DNA from: Pasteurella multocida
Lineage (GTDB): Bacteria > Pseudomonadota > Gammaproteobacteria > Enterobacterales > Pasteurellaceae
Reading direction: 5' to 3'
Assembly (NCBI RefSeq): GCF_900187275.1
Contig: NZ_LT906458.1
Location: forward strand, 720,001-752,000
Length of the DNA: 32,000 bases
A program made the position numbers and the translations under genes. Below the pieces are notes generated by a model. It saw nothing but the letters and a program-made list of their open reading frames with translations, was not told the origin of the DNA and did not search any database. This document shows positions 19,220-28,879 of the stretch, in pieces. Position 1 is the stretch's first letter. Each line of letters starts with the position of its first letter.

Positions 19220-20752
19220 TTATTTATGCTCACTGACCTTACGGTATAAATCTTTGCTATACATCGTTCCTGTAGGGTTATCAAGATGATAGCCTGTCAC
19301 TGTTGGATGGATAAAAATGGGGGTTGTATATTGGAAAATGGGTAACACGACATAATCTTGCTGTAATTGAGTAGTAATTTTGCTGTATAAATGTTTTCGC
19401 TCTGTTTCTGTTTGAGGTAAAAGCGTTTGTTCTAATAATTTATCCACCTCTGCATGATGATAACCTGCTTGATTATCGGCAGCTTGTGAATAAAAAATAT
19501 TTAAAAAGGCTGAAGGCTCATTGTAATCTGCACACCAACCGGAACGTATCACTTCAAAATCACGTTTCGCCCGTTTTTCCAATAACTGTTGCCAAGCAAC
19601 TGGCTGTGCCTTCACTCTGATCATATCTGATTGTGACCACATACGAATTAAGCGTTGCGCGATCTCTACATTCGGTGGCTGTTGATCATACGTCAAGGTA
19701 AATTGCAAAGGTTTACTTTCTGTAATCCCTTGTTGCTCCAATACTTGTTCGACCACGACAGGTTCCCAAGCCAAATCAGAATCCATTTGCATCGAATAAG
19801 GTAAAAACTGGGTTGTCGCTTGCATGTAAGGCACCACATCCTGCACAATACTCCGAGTTGAAATCATCGAAATTAATGCTTTTCGCACCGCACTTTTTTG
19901 TAATAATGGATGCTTAAGATTAAATTCATAATAATGCGTACAAAGTGTTGGGAAATATTGAAGTGGTGTAAGTGTATGTTGTGGTGCTAACACCCAATCT
20001 ATATTTGACACCGGTTGCGATGCACTAATTTTTTGATAATCCACAAACTTAAACGACACTTTTTGATGCGCCCAATAATGAGGATTTTTTTCTAAATGAA
20101 TGAAATCATCCTGTTGATTCACTAACCGATAGGCACCATTACTCACAAATTGCGCACTTTCTTTCTGATAAGTTGGTAATAACGCGACATGAGCCAACAT
20201 TGCTGGTAGTGCTGGCGTCGGTTTATCTAACTGAATACGTAGCACACGATGCTCTATTGCTTCAATACCCAAGTCTGCAACCGGCATGCTACCTTTTAAA
20301 ACAGCGTCTGCATTGGCTAAATTTAGAAAAGCTAAATAAGTTTTCAGTGGACTGGTAGAACTGGCTAGATTTTGCCAACTGTGTACAAAATCCTGTGCTG
20401 TTACCGCGTCACCATTCGACCATTGAGCCCCCTCACGTAAAATGAAAAACCAGGTTTTATAGTCTTCTGACTGCCAACTCTCCGCCACCGCCGGCACAGG
20501 ATGACCCGCCGTGTCATAGGCGGTCAAACCTTCCAGTAAATCTTGCAAAAAAATAGCTTGCTCTGCATTCGTCATTTGATGAGGATTGAGGATCAAATCA
20601 TGATAAACCGCACGCGTTAATTTTTCGCGACTCGGTGTCATGTCTGATACTGGGGGAGCAGAAAGGGAAGAAGACACAGAGGTCGGTTGATCACAAGCTG
20701 TGAGGCAAAAAATTAGCCCCGAAAAGACCGCACTTTTTAAGTGTGTCATCAT
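19220..20752 (-). CDS. Extracellular solute-binding protein family 5 (OppA-like) lipoprotein
   Basis: Lipobox LTAC in SGLIFCLTACDQPT. Family 5 features: LLEGLTAYDTAGHPVPAVAESWQ...WFFILREGAQWSNGDAVTAQDFVHSWQ. Confidence 0.85.
   Translation of the reverse strand: MMTHLKSAVFSGLIFCLTACDQPTSVSSSLSAPPVSDMTPSREKLTRAVYHDLILNPHQMTNAEQAIFLQDLLEGLTAYDTAGHPVPAVAESWQSEDYKTWFFILREGAQWSNGDAVTAQDFVHSWQNLASSTSPLKTYLAFLNLANADAVLKGSMPVADLGIEAIEHRVLRIQLDKPTPALPAMLAHVALLPTYQKESAQFVSNGAYRLVNQQDDFIHLEKNPHYWAHQKVSFKFVDYQKISASQPVSNIDWVLAPQHTLTPLQYFPTLCTHYYEFNLKHPLLQKSAVRKALISMISTRSIVQDVVPYMQATTQFLPYSMQMDSDLAWEPVVVEQVLEQQGITESKPLQFTLTYDQQPPNVEIAQRLIRMWSQSDMIRVKAQPVAWQQLLEKRAKRDFEVIRSGWCADYNEPSAFLNIFYSQAADNQAGYHHAEVDKLLEQTLLPQTETERKHLYSKITTQLQQDYVVLPIFQYTTPIFIHPTVTGYHLDNPTGTMYSKDLYRKVSEHK
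19887..19895 (-). repeat. DNA uptake signal AAGTGCGGT
   Basis: Exact 9-mer inside the OppA-like gene, encoding Ser-Ala-Val. Confidence 0.85.
20727..20735 (-). repeat. DNA uptake signal AAGTGCGGT
   Basis: Exact 9-mer in the signal-peptide-coding part of the OppA-like gene. Confidence 0.85.
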
Positions 20753-20847
20753 ATTTGTCTTGTAACGAGAAAAAGATGCATCGCTAAACATATTGTTTTT
20801 CCTGAAAAATGATGTTCATTATACAAACAATGCTTAGCGAATACCAA

Positions 20848-21210
20848 TTATTGCTTTACTGTTTTAATCCAAAAGAAAAAGAACCAATATTTGGTCAAGA
20901 GAACTAGCACAATAATCGTCCGTCCGACGACACTTGGGGTAAAATAAAATCCAATCGATAACATAATCGTTGCGAACAATAAAATCCAAAACTTAGATTT
21001 TTGTGTTAAGGCACGCTCTTCTTTAAAAGATTTTAAGTGTTTGTTATACCATGGTGTTTGCAAAAACCAAAGGTGTAATCGATCAGACCCTTTTGCAAAA
21101 AAGAATAATGTAAGTAACAAGAAAGGCGTTGCGGGCAGAAGAGGAAGAATAATTCCCACAATACCTAATCCGAGAAAAATAAACCCTAATAAAATATAAA
21201 TTGCCTTCAT
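20848..21210 (-). CDS. DUF454 / YbaN-family inner membrane protein
   Basis: MKAIYILLGFIFLGLGIVGIILPLLPATPFLLLTLFFFAKGSDRLHLWFLQTPWYNKHLKSF. Confidence 0.85.
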   Translation of the reverse strand: MKAIYILLGFIFLGLGIVGIILPLLPATPFLLLTLFFFAKGSDRLHLWFLQTPWYNKHLKSFKEERALTQKSKFWILLFATIMLSIGFYFTPSVVGRTIIVLVLLTKYWFFFFWIKTVKQ

Positions 21211-21331
21211 AACTACCCTTTTGAATAAAAACAATTCTCAATTATCTACAATTTTTTCGCTTTTTCAAGCTTGATATTATAAAATTTTGCCCAATGTAGT
21301 AAAAACGTATCATCGTTTAAGGAAATTATTT

Positions 21332-23371
21332 ATGTCCAATCCTTTACTTAGCTTTGAAGGGCTCCCCCCTTTTTCACAAATAAAACCAGAACACGTGCAA
21401 CCTGCCGTCGAAAATTTGATTCAAGCTTGCCGTGACAATATTGAACAATTACTCAAACAAGAACAATTCACATGGGATAATTTTATTTTACCTTTAACTG
21501 AAATGGGTGACCGTTTCAGTAAAGCCTGGTCTCCTGTTTCCCATCTCAATGCCGTCAAAAACAGTCCTGAACTCCGTGCAGCATATCAAGCGTGTTTGCC
21601 TTTGTTGTCGGAATACAGCACTTGGGTAGGTCAACATAAAGGGTTATATCAGGCTTATGAAAAACTTAAAAACAGTCCTGAGTTTGCACATTACGATTTA
21701 GCACAGCAAAAAACTATTGATAATGCCCTACGTGATTTCAAATTATCTGGTATTTCTTTATCAGCAGAGAAACAAAAACGTTATGGTGAAATCTCTGCAC
21801 GCTTATCTGAATTAAGTGCGCAATTTAGTAATAATGTCCTTGATGCCACAATGGGCTGGGATAAAGTGATTGAAAATCTCGAGGAATTAAAAGGATTACC
21901 CGAATCAGCTTTAGCAGCAGCCAAGCAATCTGCTGAGAATAAAGGGCTAGAAGGCTATCGTTTCACATTAGAAATCCCAAGTTATTTACCTGTCATGACC
22001 TATTGTGAAAATCGAGCATTGCGTGAAGAAATGTATCGTGCTTTTGTTACACGCGCTTCCGACCAAGGTCCAAATGCAGGAAAATGGGATAACAGCGCTA
22101 TTATGCAAGAAATTCTCAACTTACGTGTAGAGCTTGCCCACCTTCTTGATTTTAACTGTTATACCGAGCTTTCCCTTGCAACTAAAATGGCGGAAAAACC
22201 ACAACAGGTGTTAGATTTCTTAGACAGCCTGGCAAAACGTTCAAAAACACAAGGTGAGAAAGAATTAGCCGAGTTACTTGATTTCTGCCAAACACAATTT
22301 GGCGTAAATGAGCTTGAAGCTTGGGATATTGCTTTTTACAGCGAAAAGCAAAAACAATACCTTTATTCAATTAATGATGAAGAATTACGCCCTTACTTCC
22401 CTGAAAATCGTGTATTAGCCGGTTTATTTGAGTTAATTCAACGCATTTTTAATATTCGTACCGTTGAACGCTTTGGAATTGATACTTGGCATGACGATGT
22501 GCGTTTTTTTGATCTTATTGATGAAAACGATAACCTACGTGGCAGTTTCTACCTTGATTTATATGCACGTGAGAATAAACGTGGCGGTGCCTGGATGGAT
22601 GATTGTATCGGACGTCGCAAAAAAGCAAATGGTGAAATCCAAAAACCGGTTGCCTATCTCACCTGTAATTTTAACGCCCCTGTAGGAGATAAACCGGCTT
22701 TATTTACTCATGATGAAGTCACCACATTATTCCATGAGTTTGGTCATGGTATTCACCATATGCTGACTGAAATTGATGTTGCTGATGTTGCAGGAATCAG
22801 TGGCGTACCTTGGGATGCGGTGGAATTACCAAGCCAGTTTTTAGAAAATTGGTTCTGGGAAGCCGACGCGCTCGACTTTATCTCTGGTCACTATGAAACC
22901 GGTGAACCACTACCAAAAGAAAAATTAGCACAGCTCTTAAAAGCGAAAAATTTCCAAGCTGCGATGTTTGTCTTGCGTCAATTAGAATTTGGTTTATTTG
23001 ATTTCCGTTTACATCATCATTTTGATCCAACCAAAGCAAATCAAATCCTCGATACCTTAAAAGCGGTTAAAGAGGAAGTCGCTGTGATTAAAGGCGTAGA
23101 ATGGGCAAGAGCCCCGCACAGTTTTAGCCATATTTTTGCAGGTGGGTATGCCGCAGGTTATTACAGTTATTTATGGGCAGAAGTGCTTTCAGCTGATGCC
23201 TTTTCACGCTTTGAAGAAGAAGGTATTTTTAATCCAGAAACGGGGAAATCTTTCTTAGCTGAAATCTTAAGCCGAGGAGGAAGTGAAGAGCCTATGACCT
23301 TATTTAAGCGTTTCCGTGGACGTGAGCCACAATTAGATGCCCTTTTAAGACATAAAGGCATTGCGAATTAA
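21332..23371 (+). CDS. prlC: Oligopeptidase A (M3 metallopeptidase)
   Basis: MSNPLLSFEGLPPFSQIKPEHV (start at 21332 with AAGGA upstream); zinc motif LFHEFGHGIHHMLT. Confidence 0.95.
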   Translation: MSNPLLSFEGLPPFSQIKPEHVQPAVENLIQACRDNIEQLLKQEQFTWDNFILPLTEMGDRFSKAWSPVSHLNAVKNSPELRAAYQACLPLLSEYSTWVGQHKGLYQAYEKLKNSPEFAHYDLAQQKTIDNALRDFKLSGISLSAEKQKRYGEISARLSELSAQFSNNVLDATMGWDKVIENLEELKGLPESALAAAKQSAENKGLEGYRFTLEIPSYLPVMTYCENRALREEMYRAFVTRASDQGPNAGKWDNSAIMQEILNLRVELAHLLDFNCYTELSLATKMAEKPQQVLDFLDSLAKRSKTQGEKELAELLDFCQTQFGVNELEAWDIAFYSEKQKQYLYSINDEELRPYFPENRVLAGLFELIQRIFNIRTVERFGIDTWHDDVRFFDLIDENDNLRGSFYLDLYARENKRGGAWMDDCIGRRKKANGEIQKPVAYLTCNFNAPVGDKPALFTHDEVTTLFHEFGHGIHHMLTEIDVADVAGISGVPWDAVELPSQFLENWFWEADALDFISGHYETGEPLPKEKLAQLLKAKNFQAAMFVLRQLEFGLFDFRLHHHFDPTKANQILDTLKAVKEEVAVIKGVEWARAPHSFSHIFAGGYAAGYYSYLWAEVLSADAFSRFEEEGIFNPETGKSFLAEILSRGGSEEPMTLFKRFRGREPQLDALLRHKGIAN

Positions 23372-23385
23372 TATCTTTCCAATAA

Positions 23386-23421
23386 AAAATACCGCACCAT
23401 CTAAAGTGCGGTATTTTTTTA
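23386..23421. terminator. Bidirectional terminator between prlC and the Nramp-like gene, containing an uptake signal
   Basis: AAAAAATACCGCAC-CATCTAAA-GTGCGGTATTTTTTT; right arm holds AAGTGCGGT (23404-23412). Confidence 0.88.
23404..23412 (+). repeat. DNA uptake signal AAGTGCGGT
   Basis: Exact 9-mer within a terminator stem. Confidence 0.9.
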
Positions 23422-23426
23422 TCAAA

Positions 23427-24695
23427 TTAGGTTAACCAGCCTGCTTGTTGAGCAATAAACAGCAAGGTAAATGAAGTTAAATACATTAAGCCAATTAAGG
23501 ATAACCACAATAACTTCCCTTTAACACGATGCTCACCTTTTAATACCAATGATAAATTTAAATATGCAAATACGGGGGTTGAAACAAAAGACGCAATCAT
23601 CGCAAATTTCAACATTGGACCTACCGCATTATTAAAATAGAAAATAATGGCTAATCCTGCTAAAGCAGCAAAGGTAATAGCAACATTTAAATAGCTCGGA
23701 CGGCTTTCTTTCTTGCCTAAAATTAAACGTAAGCTTTCAACATTGGTGCGTGAATAACCATCGATAACCGTGATCGTTGTACCAAACATACACATAAAGG
23801 CAATGAACGCAATCAGGCCTCTTGCCCACTCACCGATCGTTGAAGCATACATATTAATTAATTGTGCGATGTATTTGCCACCTACCAATTGAACAGTTTC
23901 ACTTGAACCATGCTGAACTAACGCCCCTAATGCTAAGAAAACAAGCGCTAAAATGGCGGTACCAATATATCCTACATTAAAATCCCAAATACCGTCTTGA
24001 TAAGACACTTTCGATACACGGCGTTTTGCAATCACCCACATTGAATTGATGGCTGAAATTTCAATCGGTGCCGGCATCCACCCCATTAACGCCACAATAA
24101 AGCCCAATGCGGCTAAATTCCAAGGGCTGGCACTGACATAATCTGCGGGGGCAACACCTTGAATGCCATTACGTGCTAATGCAATTATCACGGCACTCAC
24201 TGTCGTAATTGTCAACGCAATCATGATCAATTTAGATAAGCCATCAAGTAAACGGTATTTACCTAATAACAGGATAGAAGTGCTCACCCCGATCACAATA
24301 AAACTTAATGTGGGTACAGGCACTTGAACTGGTAAGACGAAGGTCAAAATCGCCGCACAAAGCAAACCCACTGCTGCGGTGTTAATCACTGTGGCAAACA
24401 CATTAAGTAAAAAGAAGATCCAAATGTATAGCTTGCCTTTTCTTAAATAACCTTGCAATAAAGTTTCCCCTGAATCTAGCGTGTATTGCACGCCAAAGCG
24501 GAAGAAAGGATATTTGAATAAATTCGCTAAAATAATAATGATGGCCAATTGCCAGCCATAAATCGCACCAGACTGGGTAGATGCAATAATATGCGATCCA
24601 CCAACGGCAGCTGACGCCATTAAAATCCCCGGACCTAAAGCGGCAAATTTAGAATGCCATGTTGATTTTTCTATTTGTTGTGTTAATTCTGTCAT
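23427..24695 (-). CDS. Divergent Nramp-fold transporter
   Basis: About 11 TM helices. GPGILMASAAVGGSHIIASTQSGAIYGW and MGWMPAPIEISAINSMW align with Nramp TM1 and TM6 but lack the canonical DPGN and MPH motifs. Start probably MTELTQQ at 24695. Confidence 0.8.
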   Translation of the reverse strand: MTELTQQIEKSTWHSKFAALGPGILMASAAVGGSHIIASTQSGAIYGWQLAIIIILANLFKYPFFRFGVQYTLDSGETLLQGYLRKGKLYIWIFFLLNVFATVINTAAVGLLCAAILTFVLPVQVPVPTLSFIVIGVSTSILLLGKYRLLDGLSKLIMIALTITTVSAVIIALARNGIQGVAPADYVSASPWNLAALGFIVALMGWMPAPIEISAINSMWVIAKRRVSKVSYQDGIWDFNVGYIGTAILALVFLALGALVQHGSSETVQLVGGKYIAQLINMYASTIGEWARGLIAFIAFMCMFGTTITVIDGYSRTNVESLRLILGKKESRPSYLNVAITFAALAGLAIIFYFNNAVGPMLKFAMIASFVSTPVFAYLNLSLVLKGEHRVKGKLLWLSLIGLMYLTSFTLLFIAQQAGWLT

Positions 24696-24994
24696 ACGAT
24701 ATTCCAAAAAAGAGTTTTTGATTGTCATTGTGAATTTTCACAATGTTTTAACAATATCGCCGATTTATTTATACTAGTCAACCGGACAAAAATAATACAA
24801 AAATAGTATTTTATACTGAAATAAACTAGGGTTTTAGTAAAAGCTACTGGTATGAAAAAGAAAAGTATAAGAAATACTCTATTTCTAGAAAGGAAAATAA
24901 CGATAAAATAAATTTGAAAAAATAATAAAAATTTTAAAGTAAAAATAAAATAATCGTAAAACGAAGTAAGTGAAATCAAAATTGAGAAAAGTGA

Positions 24995-25069
24995 TGGCTG
25001 GGGTACTAGGATTCGAACCTAGGAATGCCGAGATCAAAACCCGGTGCCTTACCGCTTGGCGATACCCCA
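24995..25069 (-). tRNA. tRNA-Gln (anticodon TTG)
   Basis: Cloverleaf: TGGGGTA/TACCCCA acceptor stem; loop TTTTGAT; GGTTCGAATCC; encoded CCA. Confidence 0.93.
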
Positions 25070-25098
25070 ACAACTATATTGACTTGCAAGCTAATGAA

Positions 25099-25183
25099 TG
25101 GTGCGGGACGAGGGACTTGAACCCACACACCTCGCGGCGCCAGAACCTAAATCTGGTGCGTCTACCAATTTCGCCAGTCCCGC
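25099..25183 (-). tRNA. tRNA-Leu (anticodon TAG)
   Basis: GCGGGAC/GTCCCGC acceptor; anticodon stem-loop CCAGA-TTTAGGT-TCTGG; long variable arm; encoded CCA. Confidence 0.93.
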
Positions 25184-25188
25184 AAATA

Positions 25189-25265
25189 TGGTGGCTATGA
25201 CGGGATTCGAACCTGTGACCCCAACATTATGAGTGTTGTGCTCTAACCAACTGAGCTACATAGCC
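25189..25265 (-). tRNA. tRNA-Met (anticodon CAT), elongator type
   Basis: GGCTATG/CATAGCC acceptor; CAACA-CTCATAA-TGTTG; encoded CCA. Confidence 0.93.
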
Positions 25266-25403
25266 ATTTTCTATTTGCATTCACCTCATCGGCTTTGCGG
25301 GGCTAATTATGCTGATATCGCCCCCACTCGTCAACTCTTTTTTTTATAAAAATGAAATTTTTAACGCGTTCGCATACAGTTTGAACAAATCGCTGTAAAA
25401 GCA

Positions 25404-25412
25404 ACCGCACTT
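25404..25412 (-). repeat. DNA uptake signal AAGTGCGGT overlapping the nagC stop codon
   Basis: TAAAGTGCGGT on the - strand. Confidence 0.88.
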
Positions 25413-26635
25413 TAGTCTGCCAGCAAACGACGTAGCAAGCTCCCATCTAATAACGCACGTTTAATTAACGCAAATGCCCCAATGACATCTTCATTCTTCA
25501 GTTCTGATGCAACTAATGGCGTATTCTTGACAAAAGCAGGCAACGCATGGCTATCTAAAGAACGTTGTATTGCCGCAAACAAGATATTTTTGGCTTGGGT
25601 AATTTCACCAGAAATCACGATCTTCTCGGGATTAAACATATTCACACTCATCGCTAACACTCGTCCAATTTGCACCCCAACGTGTTCAATCAGTTCAATC
25701 GCTGCCGTATCCTGTTTGTTACTCGCCTTACAAATCGCATCAATATCGTGCGATTCAAGCGATAGCCATTTGCTCTCGTAGCCATCTTCTAACAGCTCGT
25801 GCATTTTGCGTTCAATCGCCGTATTACTCACGACAGTTTCCAAACATCCTACATTGCCACACAAACAACGTTTTCCCAGCGGATCAACTTGAATATGCCC
25901 AATCTCACCGACATTATTTTTATAACCTAAAAAAACCTCATGATTTATCACAATACCAGCGCCAACACCACGATGAATACGTAATAACAAAGAATCATAA
26001 CAATCTTGCGTCACACCAAAATAATGCTCTGCTAAGGCTAAACTGCGCACATCATGTCCAATAAAAGTGGCTAATTGCGTATGTTGTGAAATTTTATTCG
26101 CCAGATCCCAAGGCGCTTCTAAATCAAGATGTGGCATGTATTCAATCATGTCTGTTTTCACATCGACAAATCCCGGCACCGTGATCCCCACAGCGATAAA
26201 CTCACTGCCTCGCTTCTGATGTTGTGCAATAAATGCCGTCAAATGTTGTAGAAGAAAAGCCTCTATACTCGTAACACTTTGCTGTTCTGGTAAATCCACC
26301 ACATCTCTTTTTAATAACTTCGTGGATAAATCCATGATAGCAAAAGTCGCATGTTTACGACCTAAACGAATCAAAATCGTGCGGAAAGCTTTATGTTCCG
26401 CCACAATTGAAGTGGCACGACGTCCACCAGTAGATTCCTGTTGCTCCACTTCTTTAATTAACCCTCGAGCAAGCAGATGACGTGTAATTTTAGTGACACT
26501 CGCCGGGGCTAATTGGCTGAGTTCTGAAATTTGAATACGAGAAATGGGACCTTGTTGATCGATCAGTTTATAAACAACAGCGCTATTCATTTGTTTTACT
26601 AAATCAACATTTGCTATTTGGTGATTTTCTCGCAT
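25412..26635 (-). CDS. nagC: N-acetylglucosamine repressor NagC (ROK family)
   Basis: 407 aa. NVDLVKQMNSAVVYKLIDQQGPISRIQISELSQLAPASVTKITRHLLARGLIKEVEQQESTGGRRA; CLCGNVGCLETV. Confidence 0.93.
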   Translation of the reverse strand: MRENHQIANVDLVKQMNSAVVYKLIDQQGPISRIQISELSQLAPASVTKITRHLLARGLIKEVEQQESTGGRRATSIVAEHKAFRTILIRLGRKHATFAIMDLSTKLLKRDVVDLPEQQSVTSIEAFLLQHLTAFIAQHQKRGSEFIAVGITVPGFVDVKTDMIEYMPHLDLEAPWDLANKISQHTQLATFIGHDVRSLALAEHYFGVTQDCYDSLLLRIHRGVGAGIVINHEVFLGYKNNVGEIGHIQVDPLGKRCLCGNVGCLETVVSNTAIERKMHELLEDGYESKWLSLESHDIDAICKASNKQDTAAIELIEHVGVQIGRVLAMSVNMFNPEKIVISGEITQAKNILFAAIQRSLDSHALPAFVKNTPLVASELKNEDVIGAFALIKRALLDGSLLRRLLAD

Positions 26636-26712
26636 ATTTTACCCCAATAAAAAAATAACCTGATTATTCTAAAGTGAATTGACTGAATTAGAAATCACTT
26701 TTATTTGTTGTG

Positions 26713-28017
26713 CTACTCCACGTCGGACTTTAAAGTTGAAGAAAACAGTGCTAATCCCGTTGAATTACCTGTTTTGACCATCGCATTCATCACTTGTGTA
26801 GGTGAATGTAAAAGTTTATTTGTCAATTTATAACTCAGTGCTTGTAATACGGCTTCGCTATCTTCACCTTGACGTAACGCAAACAATGCCTTTTCTAATA
26901 GTATTTGACGAATATCTTCTGCATTTTCTCGGTAAGAACGGATTAAATTTGAAAATTGATGCACTTTTAACCACTCAAAGAAATCCACACATTCTTGTTG
27001 AATAATCACCCACGCTTGTGCCGACGCTTTCTCTCTTTCTGCCAGATTGCGTTGAATAATTGTCTGTAAATCATCTACTGTGTAATGATAAATACTGTCT
27101 AACTCACCGACACTTTCTTCAATATCACGTGGTACCGCAATGTCCACTAACAGCATTGGTAGGTCACAACGTACTTTTTGTGCAATCTTGACCATATCTT
27201 GAGTAATCAAGATTGTTGGACTTCCTGTTGAACTGATCACAATATCCGCTTGATTTAAGCCTTCTTGTAACTGTGTGAGTGCCAAGACTTGCACATTTTC
27301 TGCACCATCTAATTTAGTTACTAAATGTTGCGCTCGTTCAAAAGTACGGTTTGCAATCATAATTCGTTGCACACCATGGCGTAACAGATGTCGACACGTC
27401 AGTTCGATGGTCTCCCCTGCACCGACTAAAAGCACATTTAGTGTTTTGAGTGAATCAAAAATTTGGCGCGCTAAACTACATGCTCCATAGGCTACAGACA
27501 CAGCACTGCCACCAATATTCGTTTCGGTTCGAACTCGCTTTGCGACAGAAAACGTTTTTTGAAATAAACGGGAAAACTCACTGGAAAGAGGTTGATTTTG
27601 CCCTTGATAATACGTTTTACTCAACTGATAGGCGTCTTTCACTTGCCCTAAAATTTGCGGTTCTCCCAATACTAATGAATCCAATCCGCAGGCAACACGC
27701 ATTAAATGTAAAACCGCTTGTTGATTTTGTTGCGAATAAAGGCAGCCTGCTAACGCATCTAAAGATAACTGATGTATTTCTGCAAACCATTGCATACAAC
27801 GCGTCGACCAACTTTCTGCCTCTTGAGGCGGAATGGCTTTATGATGAAAATACACTTCAGTACGATTACAAGTGGATAAAATCACCGCACTTTCAGCCAA
27901 TGCTTGTTGCTGAATTTGCGCCAATGCCTCACCCCGTTTCTCAGCAGAAAACGCTACTTTCTCACGGATAGCGACAGAGGCTGTCTTGTGATTAATACCA
28001 ATAACTAGAATCGTCAT
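26713..28017 (-). CDS. hemA: Glutamyl-tRNA reductase
   Basis: 434 aa. [23 protein letters not shown]; [11 protein letters not shown]; [15 protein letters not shown]. Confidence 0.96.
   Translation of the reverse strand: MTILVIGINHKTASVAIREKVAFSAEKRGEALAQIQQQALAESAVILSTCNRTEVYFHHKAIPPQEAESWSTRCMQWFAEIHQLSLDALAGCLYSQQNQQAVLHLMRVACGLDSLVLGEPQILGQVKDAYQLSKTYYQGQNQPLSSEFSRLFQKTFSVAKRVRTETNIGGSAVSVAYGACSLARQIFDSLKTLNVLLVGAGETIELTCRHLLRHGVQRIMIANRTFERAQHLVTKLDGAENVQVLALTQLQEGLNQADIVISSTGSPTILITQDMVKIAQKVRCDLPMLLVDIAVPRDIEESVGELDSIYHYTVDDLQTIIQRNLAEREKASAQAWVIIQQECVDFFEWLKVHQFSNLIRSYRENAEDIRQILLEKALFALRQGEDSEAVLQALSYKLTNKLLHSPTQVMNAMVKTGNSTGLALFSSTLKSDVE
27884..27892 (-). repeat. DNA uptake signal AAGTGCGGT
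   Basis: Exact 9-mer inside hemA, encoding Ser-Ala-Val just before ILSTCNR. Confidence 0.85.
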
Positions 28018-28155
28018 ACATTATTTTACATGAACCGCGCTCAAACACGGCGCGTTGAACCCACAAAGAAAAGAAATAAAGCCCATTTTAATCAATTGTC
28101 CTGTCATGAGCAAACGGCAACGTGATTATTTACATGAACTTCGCTTTTATTTCAA

Positions 28156-28857
28156 TTAAAACACGTCTTTTGCTTTACGCCATGCAACAAAGGTTTCTAT
28201 ATTTTGTGCGATCAAAAACGGATTAATCTGTTTTTCTCGTCCCATTGTCGTGGGTAAACTTGGCTGGTGTGCTACACGCTGTTTTTGTACCCATTGTTCA
28301 TGTTGTTGTATCGCTACATTTTCTGGCAATACATATTTGGCAAAGGCTAAATTGGCTAAAGTATATTCATGGGCAGGACACACAATTGTGTCATCAGGCA
28401 AGGATTTTAAGCGTTGTAAGCCATCAAACATATCTTGATAATTCCCGGTAAAGACACGTCCACAGCCCGCAGAAAATAAACTGTCGCCACAAAATAAATG
28501 CCCATCAACCAGATAGCTCACATGTTGTTCCGTATGTCCTGCGGTTTGTAATACTTGAATGTGGTAATGTTCGGTCTGCAAAATGCCCATATTAACAATT
28601 TCGGTCGCCCCTTTCGCTTGGGTTTCTGCTGGTCCAAAGACTTTCACGTTTGGAAAATGTTGTTTAAAAAGTGAGACACCCGCAGTGTGATCATCATGAT
28701 GATGAGTTAACAGCAAGGCTTCCACTTTAAGTTGATGCTGTTGAACATAATCGAGTAACGGGGTAAATTCTGGTATATCGATCACAATTATCGGTAAATT
28801 TGCTCGTCCATAGAGCCAAATGTAGTTATCATTTAGAGCAGGAATCGGTACTAGCAT
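28156..28857 (-). CDS. gloB: Hydroxyacylglutathione hydrolase (glyoxalase II)
   Basis: 233 aa. NDNYIWL; [12 protein letters not shown]; [27 protein letters not shown]. Confidence 0.94.
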   Translation of the reverse strand: MLVPIPALNDNYIWLYGRANLPIIVIDIPEFTPLLDYVQQHQLKVEALLLTHHHDDHTAGVSLFKQHFPNVKVFGPAETQAKGATEIVNMGILQTEHYHIQVLQTAGHTEQHVSYLVDGHLFCGDSLFSAGCGRVFTGNYQDMFDGLQRLKSLPDDTIVCPAHEYTLANLAFAKYVLPENVAIQQHEQWVQKQRVAHQPSLPTTMGREKQINPFLIAQNIETFVAWRKAKDVF

Positions 28858-28879
28858 AAATTGTCCTCAAGGGGTTGTC

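Noticed and set aside
24725-25073. - strand ORFs 24725-24979 and 24885-25073
   Set aside because: Very AT-rich Phe/Ile/Leu translations; the latter reads through tRNA-Gln.
24970-25200. + strand ORF MKSKLRKVMAGVLGFEPRNAEIKTRCLTAW...
   Set aside because: A translation of the antisense of the tRNA-Gln and tRNA-Leu genes, a common false protein.
27275-27971. + strand ORFs 27275-27490 and 27450-27971 (up to 173 aa)
   Set aside because: Antisense to hemA. The length is explained by shadow coding and no domain is recognised.
28030-28064. Imperfect GC-rich inverted repeat (ACCGCGC...GCGCGTT) just upstream of the hemA start
   Set aside because: Short and bulged with no T tract; could be chance. Noted only for a possible leader check.
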